Part shown: piece by piece, positions 50,779 through 63,194 of the stretch | Layout: each line of letters starts with the position of its first letter | Numbering within the stretch: position 1 is the first letter of the stretch | Origin: Eledone cirrhosa | Lineage: Eukaryota | Direction of reading: 5' to 3' | Assembly (NCBI GenBank): GCA_964016885.1 | Contig: OZ024743.1 | Span: 92,256,001 to 92,320,000 of the forward strand | DNA length: 64,000 bases | The notes under the pieces: model-generated | The model's input: only the letters and a program-made list of their open reading frames with translations | What the model was told of the DNA's origin: nothing | Database searches by the model: none | Position numbers and translations under genes: made by a program

Positions 50779-50782
50779 ATAT
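50250..50782. repeat. Compound (TG)n/(TA)n microsatellite field
   Basis: Direct inspection; source of several spurious ORFs. Confidence 0.95.
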
Positions 50783-51074
50783 TTTATTCACTAAACAATA
50801 CGTGTTAACCCTTTAATGTTCAAACCGGCCAGAATTCTCTACCTTTTTCTGTTGAAACTGGCCATAACTGGTCGCTCAAACTGATGTTAAGGTATTGTTC
50901 TCAAAATAAATGTAATGGGTAAACTAGGAAATATAAACTCTTCTTAAGCATCAACATCATCAACATCATCATCATTGTAAACATTGCTGTTATCATCATT
51001 ATCATCAACATTGTCATTGTTAACATTGGTCATCACTGCTGTCACCATCATCATCATTGCTGTCATTTTGTTGA

Positions 51075-52185
51075 CATCATTACTATTCTCATTATTGCTG
51101 TAATCATTACTGTTGTCATTATTGCTGTAATCATTACTATGGTCATTATTGCTGTAATCATTACTATTGTCATTATTGCTGTAATCATTATTACTGTTAT
51201 TATTGTTGTAATCATTACTGTTGTCATTATTGCTGTAATCATTATTACTGTTGTTATTCATCATCATCATCATCATCACCGTTTTACGTCCGTTCTTCCA
51301 CGCTAGCATGGGTTAGACGGGTTGTCCTGTTGTGGGCAGTGTCTGGTCGGCTGACCATGCCTTGCTCATACAGGAACTGATCTGGCTTGATTTCTACAGC
51401 TGGATGCCCTTCCTAACACCAACCTCATTTACAGTGAGTGCTGGGTGCTTTTTCGTGGTGCCTACACGTCCACTTTACAGTGTGGGCTGGGTGCTTTTTT
51501 GCCGTGGCACCTCCACGACCACCTTGCGGTGGGGGCATATTGTTTATATGCTTCAGCATGTACCCATGGGAGGTCGGGTACCCATTGTTGTAATCATTAC
51601 TGTTGTCATTATTGCTGTAATCATTACTACTGTCATTATTGCTGTAATCATTACTGTTGTCATTATTGCTGTAATCATTACTGTTATTATTGCTGTAATC
51701 ATTATTATTGTCATTATTGCTGTAATCATTACTATTGTCATTATTGCTGTAATCATTACTGTTGTCATTATTGCTGTAATCATTACTGTTGTCATTATTG
51801 CTGTAATCATTATTACTGTTATTATTGCTGTAATCATTACTATTGTCATTGGTGGATTGGCAGTATCGGTAGAGGGTCGGACGCCATGCTTTGAAGCATA
51901 GAGTTACCTCCCTTTATGATCTGAGTTCAAATCCCACCAAGGTTAACTTTGCCTTTCATCCTTACGGGGATCGATAAAATAAAGTACCAGTAATGCACTG
52001 GTTATTTGCTGGCCTTGTGCCAAAAGTAGAAACAATTATTGCTGTAATCATTACTATTGTCATTATTGCTATAATCATTACTACTGTCAATATTATTTTA
52101 ATTGTTACTGTTGTCATTATTGCTATAATGACAACAGTAATGATTATTGCTATAATCATTACTGTTGTAATTATTGTTGTAATTA
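51075..52185. repeat. 27-bp trinucleotide-derived minisatellite interrupted by an RTE tail (51258-51582,-) and a family-A SINE (51850-52038,+)
   Basis: Unit TTACTGTTGTCATTATTGCTGTAATCA resumes on both sides of each insertion. Confidence 0.85.
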
Positions 52186-52373
52186 TATACATACATATAT
52201 GGTTTTCATAAATTGGTACACCTTACACTCTATATATTTGAACTGTAGTCATCCCTCATGTAAATGACTATAAAAATAGTCATTTACATGATGGATAACT
52301 ACTTCTATCCATGTTTGTTTTCAAATTCTTTCTTTTTATTAATGTTTTTCTCTTTCCCTCTATTCTGATTCAG

Positions 52374-52520
52374 GAAAATTTCTTACCTGAGGAAGATACT
52401 CTTACAGAGTATGAAGAATCTATAGGTGTTGCAAATCTATTGAAGATGAGGGAGAGAGCCATTCGAGGATTCCTCGCCCAAGAAGAAACTTTTATTGGTC
52501 ATTTAGAGAATTTAACAAAG
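52374..52520 (+). CDS. ABR: BCR/ABR-like RhoGEF exon: start of DH domain
   Basis: Long polypyrimidine acceptor ...ctgattcag; ENFLPEED...LKMRERAIRGFLAQEETFIGHLENLTK resembles BCR/ABR MRKWVLSGILASEETYLSHLEAL; donor AAG|gttact. Symbol is family-level only. Confidence 0.88.
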
Positions 52521-52564
52521 GTTACTCTCTTGCTTTTTTTATTAGTTTCCATCACAACAATAGG

Positions 52565-52919
52565 CCTCTTTCCTTTAGAAGGAGATAAATCCCTCATCTG
52601 GGACGCAACATGCTGTGACATATTCTCCGCCTTGAACTTACTCGACTCAGCCACAAACCCCGGTACTGTGGCTTGCAATGCAGAGGACAGGAAGACAAGT
52701 AAATACTGGAGCTTGTCCAGCAATTTCCTCTTTGCACCAGTCACTGTCGAGACGTCAGGCATCCTTGGACCCTGGACTGCTGACCCTCTCTGTAAAATTA
52801 AATCAATAGCAGCCCATCTGAGGAAAGAGCCCTGCGAGGGGGGATGGCTGGTGCAGCGTGTGGTGCTGGCCATTGTCTGCGGAAATGCCTTTGCTGTTTT
52901 GTCCACGGGGCACAGCTGA
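52565..52919 (+). mobile_element. CRE-clade non-LTR retrotransposon RLE C-terminal fragment
   Basis: LIWDATCCD...AEDRKTSKY..L...F.PV.VETSG..G...WLVQRVVLAIVCGNA matches the CRE pattern WDAT..D / K..KY / ET.G / QR...AI..GNA. Confidence 0.75.
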
Positions 52920-53189
52920 AATACCGCTCTGACCCAGGTGTAGAGTTTGTCACCCTCTCCCCTTCCCCCTTTCTTTCTTCCTTTAAGTAGTAGTCCTTGC
53001 TCTTCCCTTCCCTTCTCATTTATGACATTTATAGTCCTTTCCAATACTGCTTTCTTTTTCATTATTTAACTATGCCCATGCCATGGCACCACTGTGATTT
53101 AATCAACCACATTGATCAACATCATTATTTTTATGTTCATTCTCTGATGCATGTGCTGAACAGGACCTTTTCAGCACAGCACCTCTCTG

Positions 53190-53460
53190 CATTTGTCTTG
53201 ATCTTTCATCATCTCCACTGTCAGTTTCAGTGATTTGAGATAAGCTATCACTAGCTCTTCCAGATCTTCCTTGGTTTCCCTCTACTGCAACTTCCCTCCA
53301 CTCACCACATTCCTTCATCATCTCCACTGTGAGTTTCAGTGATTTGAGATCAGCCCAAGTCTTCCTTAACTTTCCTCTACTGCGGCATCCTTCCACTAGA
53401 ATTTCTTGGCACTTCTTCCCCCAGCGGTCACCATCCATGCACATAACATCTCCATACCAA
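53190..53460 (-). mobile_element. Old RTE fragment
   Basis: ORF 53103..53444 MDGDRWGKKC...GCRSRGKLRKTW. Confidence 0.65.
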
Positions 53461-53918
53461 CATGGTCTTCTCTAAACAGATTTTCCATGCCAAATGGATA
53501 ATCATCATCATTATTCAATGTCCATTTTTACAAGTTGGTATGGGTTGGACAAGTTGTCATAGACCAAGTCAATACTTAATCAGAAATACTCTCCCCATGC
53601 CACCCCATGATGGGCAGTGGGATCACATCTCACTTACATGTGTTCTAGTTTGGGTGTGGTTTCTACAGTTGGGTGCCCTTCCTATCACCAACCACAGATA
53701 AAATATGAGACTGTATGTAAGCAAGATAACAGACCCCTAGCCTGTCTAGGAGGTTAGTAGCCCTGCTTCAGTACTGACTCTACAGAGCACTCTAACTGCC
53801 AACTCACTGGGGAGATGTAGAGTGGGTATAGAGACACAAGCTGAGTTGGATAGTTATAATTTCATTGAAACTGTGTATATTTGAAACAAATTAATGTATT
53901 GTTGTTATAATTTTACAG

Positions 53919-54086
53919 TTAAAGGATCAATTCAGTAAGGATGGCTTAACTTCACAAGAAATATTAAGTATTTTTTCAAATATTTCCACAATTTTGATGG
54001 TACATGAGAAATGTGTACAGAACTTAACTCCCAAAGTTCTCAATTGGAATGATTTAGAAACTGTTGGAGCTCCTCTCAAAGAACTT
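53919..54086 (+). CDS. ABR: BCR/ABR-like RhoGEF exon: DH domain
   Basis: Acceptor ttttacag, donor CTT|gtaagt, 168 nt, phase 0-0; LKDQFSKDGLTSQEILSIFSNISTILMVHEKCVQNLTPKVLNWNDLETVGAPLKEL (cf. BCR LTSQQIETIF...H...L.P.V..W....VG). Confidence 0.9.
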
Positions 54087-54649
54087 GTAAGTCTACAGCT
54101 TTACTTATCTATTTCTTTCACTGTATTCAGTCATTAGACTGTGGCCATGCTGGGGCACCATCTTAATTTTTGATTGTCTTGTAATCTTATAATAAAGTAG
54201 ATCCCTCTACATATTTAACTTATATATATATATCATCATCATGACCGTTTTACGTCCGTTCTTCCACGCTAGCATGGGTTAGACAGGTTGTCCTGTTGTG
54301 GGCAGTGTCTGGTCGGCTGAACAAGCTGTAGAAATCAAGCTAAATCAGTTCCTGTATGAACATATTTAGAAGGATTTCAATGGTCAAATATCCTTCCATC
54401 TCGGAAAACTCTTCTCTTTTCCACTTCAATCCATCCATTATTGTGGATCTAGACTCCATAGAATTCTTCTCCAATTCCTTCCTATAAATCATATATATAT
54501 GAATATATTAATATATACACGAATCACCACCAATTCTGATGGCACAGTTTGTATATATATATATGTATCAAATATTAAGCAAGCAAACCAATCAAATAGG
54601 AGAGGAAAGTGATTAGTTAAGAAAATTACAAGCCAGTAGAGAGAGGGTT

Positions 54650-56761
54650 AGTGTGTTCGATGTGTATAGTTTGCAAGACAGGTAAAAAAGTGGGCTTTTA
54701 ATGAGGCAAACTGGTTGATAATTTCCTCAAAATCAGTTCGTTCAAACTCTTCGATTTCTACACTCAAAAAGGCGAGGCCAGTCAGCTGTTGTTGGCCCAT
54801 TGAGGTTCGCAAATACAAATGTATTAACTTCAGCTTCTTGTAACTGGCAATTGAAATAGAAATCGTCAACATTATTTGAATGCTGATTCGCGAATTGGGA
54901 AAAACACATTCATCACCGTATTGTATGATGAATTGGAGAAGTGCCTCCGGCTTTAAAATTGGGTCAGCTGTCCTAGTAGACAGCAAAGATCGGCAGTCCA
55001 AGATTTCTTCATACAATTGCTCTCCGTCAAGACTGTTGCACCTTTGTTTAAGGACAAGGTTATCAGGAGCAGCCAAATAAAGCAGATAGTTGACATCAAG
55101 AATAAAGCCAAAACTTGAGTCGGTTTCCTTAAGTCGAATAAACCGTTCTTCCATTTCTGTTTGACGATGATTGAGTGAACTTTGCATTGCTCTCTCTATC
55201 TCTTTTCTGGCAGCCACCTCAACGTCCTCAGTAATTTTGGTATTGGTTTGTCGTCTTCCTCGCCTCCTCGGAAAATCGACATTCCATTTCTGGCAGAGGT
55301 TGAAGCCCATTTCAAGAGACTCGTGGATTAAGGATGTTCCTTCTTCTTTAAAATAAGTTGAAGGGCTCCTATATCAGCTGCAGCATCGTGAAAATTCAAT
55401 CTTGGATCTTGAAGTCTCTTTTGAACCCGGTCAATTCGTGAGAGAATCGTGTTCCAGAATCCAATCAAGTTCAGGAATTCATAACTCAGTATCCGATTAT
55501 GGAGATTACTGGCATCACTTCTACTCTCGCATGTCTCTGTTTCATCATCACTAATTTTTTTGAGAACTTGAACAATCAGCGTCAAATAATTCGCCACCGG
55601 TCTGACTGCGGTACATCTAGCACCCCACTGCGTGTCGGAAGGATATTTAACAACCACTGGAGCAACTTCTTTAAGGGCTTCCCATCGTCATGTTGAACGA
55701 GAAAAAAAGTTGTATAACAAGTCAATGCAACTGAAAAAGTTCATCATAGCTGAATCGTTTTTCGCTGCATGAAGACCAGCCAGATTAAGTGAATGGTTAT
55801 CGCAATTAACGAAGTGAATCAAATTCTTCTTCTCTCTCATTCTCTGCTGAACCCCATTGCGGTGCCCAGCCATTATGGCAGCATTGTCGTAGCACTGCGA
55901 TCGACAGTTCTGCAGTGGTGGGTCATCTTTTTCTAGCTCTTTCACGATTGTTTCAACAAGGCTTGTGGCATCTTTTTTGATTACTTGAATGAATCCAAGA
56001 AAAGATTCCCTCCCAACGACCGTCTTCATATTGAAATCAACATCGACATATCACACAACTTTTGACAGTTGTTCTCGGTGCGCCTGGTCAGGGGTCGAAT
56101 CAATCAACAGACCATAGTATCTTGCTTTTTGGATACGGTTTAGTAAATTCTGATGAACTGTATTATAGAAGAAAACATTGAACCATCTAAACTGGAGTTA
56201 AATTGAATTCCTAATAGAAGCTATCCGATCCTATCTGGCCATTTGGATTATGATACCTTTTCTTATGTACCAGTTGTAAAAGACAAACTACTCTGTTTTG
56301 TAAACCAGCTTCATAATTATAATTATCTTGTATTGGTCATTGCAATGCATTGCTAAAAATAGCGCCTGCGTGTCCACCAGTTGCACGGCCAAAGCTACGT
56401 CCCTTCAGTCAGTGTGTGTGTGGGGGGGGGGGGGGCGGTTTTGTGAGGTCAAGTGAGGTATCCGCTGTTTTGCAATGTATAGCTAAAAATAGCGCCCACA
56501 TAAAATTACAACCCATCCTGCTGTCAGTGTGGAGAAGGAGGGGGCGTTTTTGTGAAGTCAAATCAGACATCTGCTCTGTCTAGTGCACTAGACATGGCGT
56601 GGAAGTCGGCTATCAAGAAATCACATGCTTCATTTTTGGGTTATATTTTTAAAAATTATAAAAACGACATGGATGTAAATCGATGTAAGTCCAAATTGCA
56701 CCCCCCTAAATATGGCGCCCGTGGCATGTGCCCTGCTTGCCACACCCTAGCTACGCCACTG
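54650..56761 (-). mobile_element. hAT-superfamily transposon remnant (ZMYM1-like transposase)
   Basis: Terminus CAGTGGCGTAGCTAGGG at 56761(-); broken ORFs with DSTPD..H.EQ, QCYDNAAIMAG, CDNHSLNL, TQW, FPN..I...LT...S...KLKLI..YLRTSM; other end not found. Confidence 0.88.
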
Positions 56762-56987
56762 TATGTTGGTATATAATTGCCATGTCTTTTCAGAATTAGC
56801 TCAATGTGTTTATATAGTTTATTGATTTGAGGAGAAAGATTTTTTAGGGAGTGTTGGAAAGGCAGACATAAATATAGAGCAAATATAATTTCGGACACAT
56901 TCTGCTTCTATTTAATTTTTTTTTTCCTCCGTTGATGGGAAAGTGCAAAAATATACCTGTATGCCATTGTCAATGTATAGATATTGA

Positions 56988-57122
56988 TTACATCTCTTGT
57001 GTACCCAAGATCTGCACTGTGTACATTTTATAGAATTTGTGCCAACTCCTTTTCTACATATTGAACATGGCCATTTCCCTGATGGAATCAGAGTTTTGTC
57101 CTCTTTCCTATTTATGACTTTA
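56988..57122 (-). mobile_element. Short internal RTE fragment just upstream of an acceptor
   Basis: Matches 21322-21460 (ACATCTCTTGTGTACCCAAGATCTGCA...CATGGCCATTTCCCTGATGGAATCAGAG). Confidence 0.8.
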
Positions 57123-57140
57123 TTTTTTATTTTTTCATAG

Positions 57141-57236
57141 TTGGTACATTTTCCAGCCTTTGATGATTACTCAAAAAATTACCCGAATGCATGTGAAACA
57201 GTTAATAAATGTATACAGAATAAAAAGATTTCAGAG
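57141..57236 (+). CDS. ABR: BCR/ABR-like RhoGEF exon: DH domain
   Basis: Acceptor tttttcatag, donor GAG|gtaagg, 96 nt; LVHFPAFDDYSKNYPNACETVNKCIQNKKISE (cf. BCR ...FVDNY..A.E...KC......ISE). Confidence 0.88.
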
Positions 57237-57505
57237 GTAAGGTATTTTAAAGTTTTACTTATTCTTTCACAAAATTAAGAATAAACTAAGAATTAATAAT
57301 AATTTGAGTCACTTGGGCCAGGAATAGAAATTAAGTGTGACTGTTTTGTTTAAGGAGCATATAAGGCTTCAAGGAGCATAGGGGTGAAGATAATTGATTC
57401 CATAATATAAACACTGATGAAGAAAAGTTATTAATGCTTACAATTCATCCTTTTCCTATTGCTAGATGTCTATTAATATATCCCTTTTTTTGTCTTCTAT
57501 TCCAG

Positions 57506-57539
57506 GATGTCCCTGAAATGGAGACAATGAGCCTTATAA
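57506..57539 (+). CDS. ABR: BCR/ABR-like RhoGEF micro-exon (34 nt)
   Basis: Acceptor cttctattccag, donor A|gtaagt; DVPEMETMSLI+A; the phase-1 end is what the next exon needs. Confidence 0.8.
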
Positions 57540-57869
57540 GTAAGTATAACATCTATATATTTAACACTGAACATGGTGAATATAGTTCAGGACCCATTAT
57601 TTGAAACGTGAGAGTAAATTGGGTCCTGAAGGTTCATAGCATTTCACAAAACAATTCTCAGGCTCAACAACAAAGGGGCCTTTTAAATAAAATTTGGAAA
57701 TACAGTCACCACAATGCAGATAACTATAATATTAGATGAATAAGAATGAGAGCTGTGGGGATCTGAATCCATGCCAGCACCTCTGTCCACTTTTTTCCAC
57801 CTCTTGGGATATTTTACTTGAGTTATTAAACTATTATTTATAGTTATTTGCATTATAACAACAAGTGTT

Positions 57870-58098
57870 TTAACCCTATAGCATTTACATTACTCTTCAT
57901 TTACTATTGTATTTCCATGGTAAACACTTTATTTCACATAATTATCTCACATAATATCGAATCTACGAGATTTTGATATTATTTATTTTGAGAAAAATGC
58001 CTTAACATAAATATGAGCAACCGGTTATGGCCTGTTTCAACAGAAAGTGGTGAGAGAATTCTGGCCAGATATGGCCAGTTTAAATGCTAAAGAGTTAA
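57870..58098 (-). mobile_element. piggyBac-like MITE
   Basis: TTAA|CCCTATAGCATTT...AAATGCTAAAGAG|TTAA. Confidence 0.75.
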
Positions 58099-58139
58099 GG
58101 CCATCATAAGTGCAGGAGTTACTGATGCAAACCCCAAGA

Positions 58140-58420
58140 CAAACTTTTCCAATTTTTCATATAGTCTGCATCCCTTCTCACCAAACTCATGCATTTCATT
58201 TCCTCCTTCATAATTTTTATCCATGTCTGTCTTGGTCTTCCCCTTTCTCTACTTCCTACCCTCACTCCTGTCACCCAGTCTCTTTCATCCTTCCTCAACA
58301 CATGTCCCAGCCATCTCATTCCATTTCTCTTCACAACATTCATCACTAGCTCTATTCCTTTCAACCAGTCTCTTTCATCCTTCCTCCTCAACACATGTCC
58401 CAACCATCTCATTCCATTCA
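58140..58420 (-). mobile_element. Old RTE fragment with internal duplication
   Basis: MRWLGHVLR(R)KDERDW occurs twice, then RGRPRQTW. Confidence 0.7.
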
Positions 58421-59822
58421 TTCATTACTGTTTCTATTCCCATCATCCTCTGTAATTCATTATTTGTCTATCTTTCTCTCGGTAATATTCTACTCATCAT
58501 CACCCATTTCTCATTCCCATAAACCATGGCACTTCTCACACATGTACCATACACCTTACCCTTCCATTCTTTTCAGTCTTCTCTGTTGCTACCTGATCAT
58601 CACCCATGTTTCATGCCCATAAACCATGGCACTTCTCACACATGTAGCATATTTTTTTCCCTTCCATTATTTCCAGCTTTCACTGTTGCTCCAATTTCAT
58701 TACTCATGTCTCACTCCATAGGCATCCAGCATACACCTTTCCCTTCAGTTTCAATAACCTCCCTCCCCCCTTCATTAGCATGCTACTCAGTTCCTGAAAC
58801 TTCTTCCTTGCACATCTCACTCATATTCATTGTGACAACTATATATTTAAAATCAATATTTCCCAATGCTTCATAAGTTAACCAAAAATGTTATAATTTT
58901 TGTTTCATTTACCATCATCATCATCGTTTTTACACCTGTTTTTCCATACATGCATGGGTTGGAATGAATTATAAGCTGGGTGGTGGGGATTTCCATAGAA
59001 TATAGGTACAGACTGAATTTTCTTGAAAATTTTATAAAGGTTCTGTGACAAAATACCATATATTTCCTATAAGTTACACCTGTTGATAAATTAACCTCCA
59101 TTTTTCATACAACATTTACAGTGTACCACATGTTTTGAATTTGGGTTTTGGTTTTCTAGTAGATAAGTTGCATGTGAGTTTTTCACATATTTTTATGAAA
59201 AAAGGTTCAAATTCTAATGTTTATAGTAGGTTTACAAGTGGAAATGTAATGGAAATTTGTAGTAAACTAAAATAAAGGCAATAATTTTTTTATGTGATGT
59301 TATCAAGTGCAGTTCCCTACTTCTCTGGAATGTCTAGTTAATGTAGTTTCATGTGCTTTGTTAATTCAAATATTTATAGCATCATTACTACTGAACAGAT
59401 CATTGGGGAAATTTTAGATATTAGATTAAACACTTTGATATTTAGTGCTGGGCAGTCATAGTGCAGTTTTGTACTTTTCAAAAATGTCTTGCTTATGTGG
59501 TTTCGTGTAATAAAGGCAAAGGCAAACTAGGGAAAATAGTGCCTTTGGCAAGCAGTGAAATTGCATCCCTGCCCAGCACTGTATTTTTACCTATAGACCT
59601 AATAATTTATATAAATGGTTTAATGATCCAGCCACCATAGTGTTCTCGCCCATGATAGAGACAGATCATACATCTGAAGGAGTTTCTTTTTTCATTCTAC
59701 AACAAGGCTTTTTTTTACTTTAATAGAATGTGCGACTCCTTCATGTAGCACCCATAGCACGTGCCGTGCTTGCCATGCCTTAGTTACATCTCTTGATACA
59801 GGACATTATGAGTTTAATATAT

Positions 59823-60010
59823 GGGCGGTGGATTGGCAGTATCGGTAGAGGGTCGGACGCCATGCTTTCCAGCATAGTTACGTCCCTTTACGATCTGAGT
59901 TCAAATCCCGCCGAGGTTGACTTTGCCTTTCATCCTTACGGGGTCGATAAAATAAAGTACCAGTAATGCACTGGATAATTGCTGGCCTTGTGCCTAAAGT
60001 AGAAACAATT
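59823..60010 (+). mobile_element. Young family-A SINE with target-site duplication
   Basis: ATTATGAGTTTAATATAT at 59805-59822 and 60008-60025. Confidence 0.9.
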
Positions 60011-60080
60011 ATGAGTTTAATATATATTTTTAGTATGAGATTGTTTTCAATTTATCCAATATCTCTTGATCTTATTTCAG

Positions 60081-60133
60081 CTCTTCTCCAGAAACCTATT
60101 GGTCAACTTCAACAAAATGCTATATTTATACAG
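60081..60133 (+). CDS. ABR: BCR/ABR-like RhoGEF exon: DH conserved region 3
   Basis: Acceptor cttatttcag, donor CAG|gtaaac; (T)LLQKPIGQLQQNAIFIQ (cf. BCR TLLYKPVDRVTRSTLVLH); the next exon was not found in the window. Confidence 0.88.
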
Positions 60134-60811
60134 GTAAACAATTTTATTCCTTATACTTTTTAGTTAATATCAACAAAGAGATTCTCTCTCCAAGCAAAAG
60201 ATAAATTATATGATGCCTACATATGAAGTGTACTTTACTGGGTTTTAAGACACACAGCTGTATGTGGCACATCCTTTGAAAGAAAATGTTTTAGAAGAAA
60301 TTGTTATTGCAATATGAGTGTTTATAATTTTTAAATAATTTTGAAAATAATCCAAGATTTCTTGAGATTTAGTAATATAATAACTTTCACATTATTAAAT
60401 TGGTGTTTGGAGCATGACCTAAAAGTTCTTACATAAAATTATGATGGGAGGTATTTATCTACATTATAAAAGCATCCTGTTCGTGCTGTAATGTAGTTGG
60501 TGATAGGAAGGGCATCTAGCCTTCGAAAGCTTGCCAAAAAAGGGGGTTAGAGGTAGCCTTCAGTTTGTGTCAGAAGATATGACAACTTCTGTTCCCTGGA
60601 TAGAATGTATGAATGTACATAAGCAAGATGCAGACACCCTCTTCCCTAACCTGCCTGGGAGGTCAGTAGCTCTGCTTCAGTACTGATTTGATCTATGTGG
60701 ACCTGTCGACCCCTTGCTAGAAAGGAACGCAGACATTAAAAGATGATGATGGACATTTTAAAGTAAACAGCTTAATATCATATAACCTGGGGTAGATTAA
60801 GGTGATTTGGT

Positions 60812-61155
60812 ATCATCATCATCATCATCATCATCATGGCAACCACAGTCAAACATTCCTAACAAAGTCTCTCCTCAATTCACGATGTCCCATTGCTCCT
60901 GGCAACTGCTCCTTACTGAGGTTTATATTGTCTAAGAGTTGATCAATGAAAGTTCGAGCAGGTCTTCCTCTACTGTGTCTCCTGTGAGTTGGTTCCCACT
61001 ATAGTTGTGTATAACTTCCTGCTTACTTCTCTAGCAATGTCCTACAAATCATAACTGCCTTTGAGTAATTGTAGTTGTTATCTTGGGCAAGTTACCATAT
61101 AAACTTTCATTTGTAATACATTGACCCTAGTTTATGTTTTGTACAACCCTTAGCA
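60812..61155 (-). mobile_element. Old RTE-like LINE 3' fragment of a different lineage
   Basis: Antisense LYGNLPKIT...RQL.FVGHC...RGRPARTFIDQL; (GAT)n tail. Confidence 0.6.
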
Positions 61156-61698
61156 TTTTAGTATCAAAAGAGTTAAAAGATTTTTATTCAACCTGATATT
61201 AAATTAAAAAAAAATGTATTGTTCCAGACACAAAAGACTTATTTAGTGCTGCATTGAACAGTAATTACCATAGATTTACAAATAACAATAGAGAAAACAG
61301 ATGTTAAATGATGATGATGACAATGATGATTATGATCATGATAGTGATAACAACTTTCACTCACGTCTATTATTGATTTGTATTTTTTTTATTTTCAAAT
61401 TAGAAGAAAAATATCAATATTGATATTAATTAGATCAATTAATCATTAAAATGCACTAAACTATACTACCTATTTAAATGTACAGCTATACTTTTCTGTG
61501 AACACAACATGGTCAGATGGTTAAGAAGTATGCTTTGCAATCATTAAGGTCCCAGGTTCAATCTCACTTTGTAGCTTCTTGACTGCATGTCATTTACCAT
61601 AGTCTTGAATTGATCCATGTTTTGTGAATAAAATTGGGTAGACAGAAACTGCTTGGAAGTCCTTCAGATTGGACTGAATTTGTAATTCAAAGAGCCAG

Positions 61699-61701
<3 letters not shown>

Positions 61702-61768
<67 letters not shown>
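61702..61768. repeat. (CT)n microsatellite
   Basis: About 33 units. Confidence 0.95.
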
Positions 61769-61771
<3 letters not shown>

Positions 61772-62593
61772 CTTTTCATGTGATAGGGATATTAACTATG
61801 TATTTGCCTAATTACTACGTTTCATACTGTAATTTACCCTCCGTTCTACTGTATGGTACTATCGTTCAATATATAGATAATATATCTGTAACATTGATCC
61901 ACCTTTCAAAACTTCTTACTTAAACATCTCCCTATTTATTAGTTATTATATGTACACATTGTTTTACTTACTTCAATCAAGATTTTAACTTGTAATTTTT
62001 TTAATTTCTAATTTTCAATCATAATTTCCACTGTGAAACCATAATACCTAGAAATAAGTATATATCTCTTAGCAGGTGATGGTCCAAGATGGTTATATTG
62101 TCCAAGCGTAATTTAGGGGTAGTATTGAGACCTATTGAAACTCATACTCTCCCACCCCCACTAGGTTTCGGCCAACTGCCACTGGCAGGGCGACTAGCAG
62201 TAAACTATAACCGTGTCATATTACAGACCTGGATGGGGTGATTGTTTGGTTGAGAGGGGGGGGGGGGGGCTGCCTAGGCGGGTTTCGTAGAACTTTGGGG
62301 TAGTTGATGGTCAACTTCCTTCGGATTTGTACCTGCGCAGACCGGTGGGGGGTGAATTGGGACTCACAAGGGAATGGGCGAAGGATTCAAGAACACACGC
62401 TTTGTCCGTTCCCATGTCGATTCAATTTGGATTGCCTCGGAAATATAACCTTATTATGTAAGAAGCTGTCTGATGATGTCACGGCACTGGGTACACCAAA
62501 GAGTGTGGCCACTGTCGTCATTGAAATGTGTATCACAGCATTATCATCTGAAACTACTTCGCTTTTCTTATTCTATATATATATATATATATA

Positions 62594-63122
62594 TCATCAT
62601 CATCATCACCGTTTAACATCCCTCTTCCCCACTAGCATGGGTTGGACGGTTTTGTCCCACTTGAGGCAAGATTGGTTGGGAAACCGTGTCTTGCTCGTAC
62701 AGAACTGTTTCTGGCAGGTTTTCTACAACTGGATGCCCTTCCTAACACCAACCACATTCACGGTGTGGACTGGGAGCCTTTTTACCGTGTCTCCTACACA
62801 ACCACTTTACAGTGTGGACTGGGTGCTTTTTGTCATGTCACCTACGTGTCCACTTTACAGTGGACGGAAATGGGTGGATGGAGTAGGGTGGGTGGAGTGG
62901 TGTGTATATTGGGTTAAGAGGTGCCTACTGACTGTAGGTTTAAGTTTGTATGCAAGGGAAGACAGGTTTTCTGTATAACTGCATAGCGCCAAAGATCTCG
63001 ATCCAGTGACATTGTCTTAGAGAGGTGCAAGTGAGCAAGGTCAGTTTTTATCACCTCATCCCAGGTTTTTCTTGGTCTACCTACTCCATAGCTTCCATAA
63101 ATTTTGATCGCTCTGCACTTTT
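62594..63122 (-). mobile_element. RTE LINE 3' fragment
   Basis: Antisense match to about 40010-40790; bounded by TA repeats. Confidence 0.88.
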
Positions 63123-63194
63123 TTATATATATAAAGTGTTTGAGATAAAGTGTTTATCCACCCTTGCAAGCAAGGAAAATTAGGCGTAAAATGA

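Noticed and set aside
51445-51894. Cys-rich CCNHY repeat ORF resembling a metallothionein or keratin-associated protein
   Set aside because: A frame of the 27-bp minisatellite entered from an antisense RTE tail
54648-56160. Host ZMYM1-like gene
   Set aside because: Several stops and deletions and a hAT terminus nearby; decayed transposase
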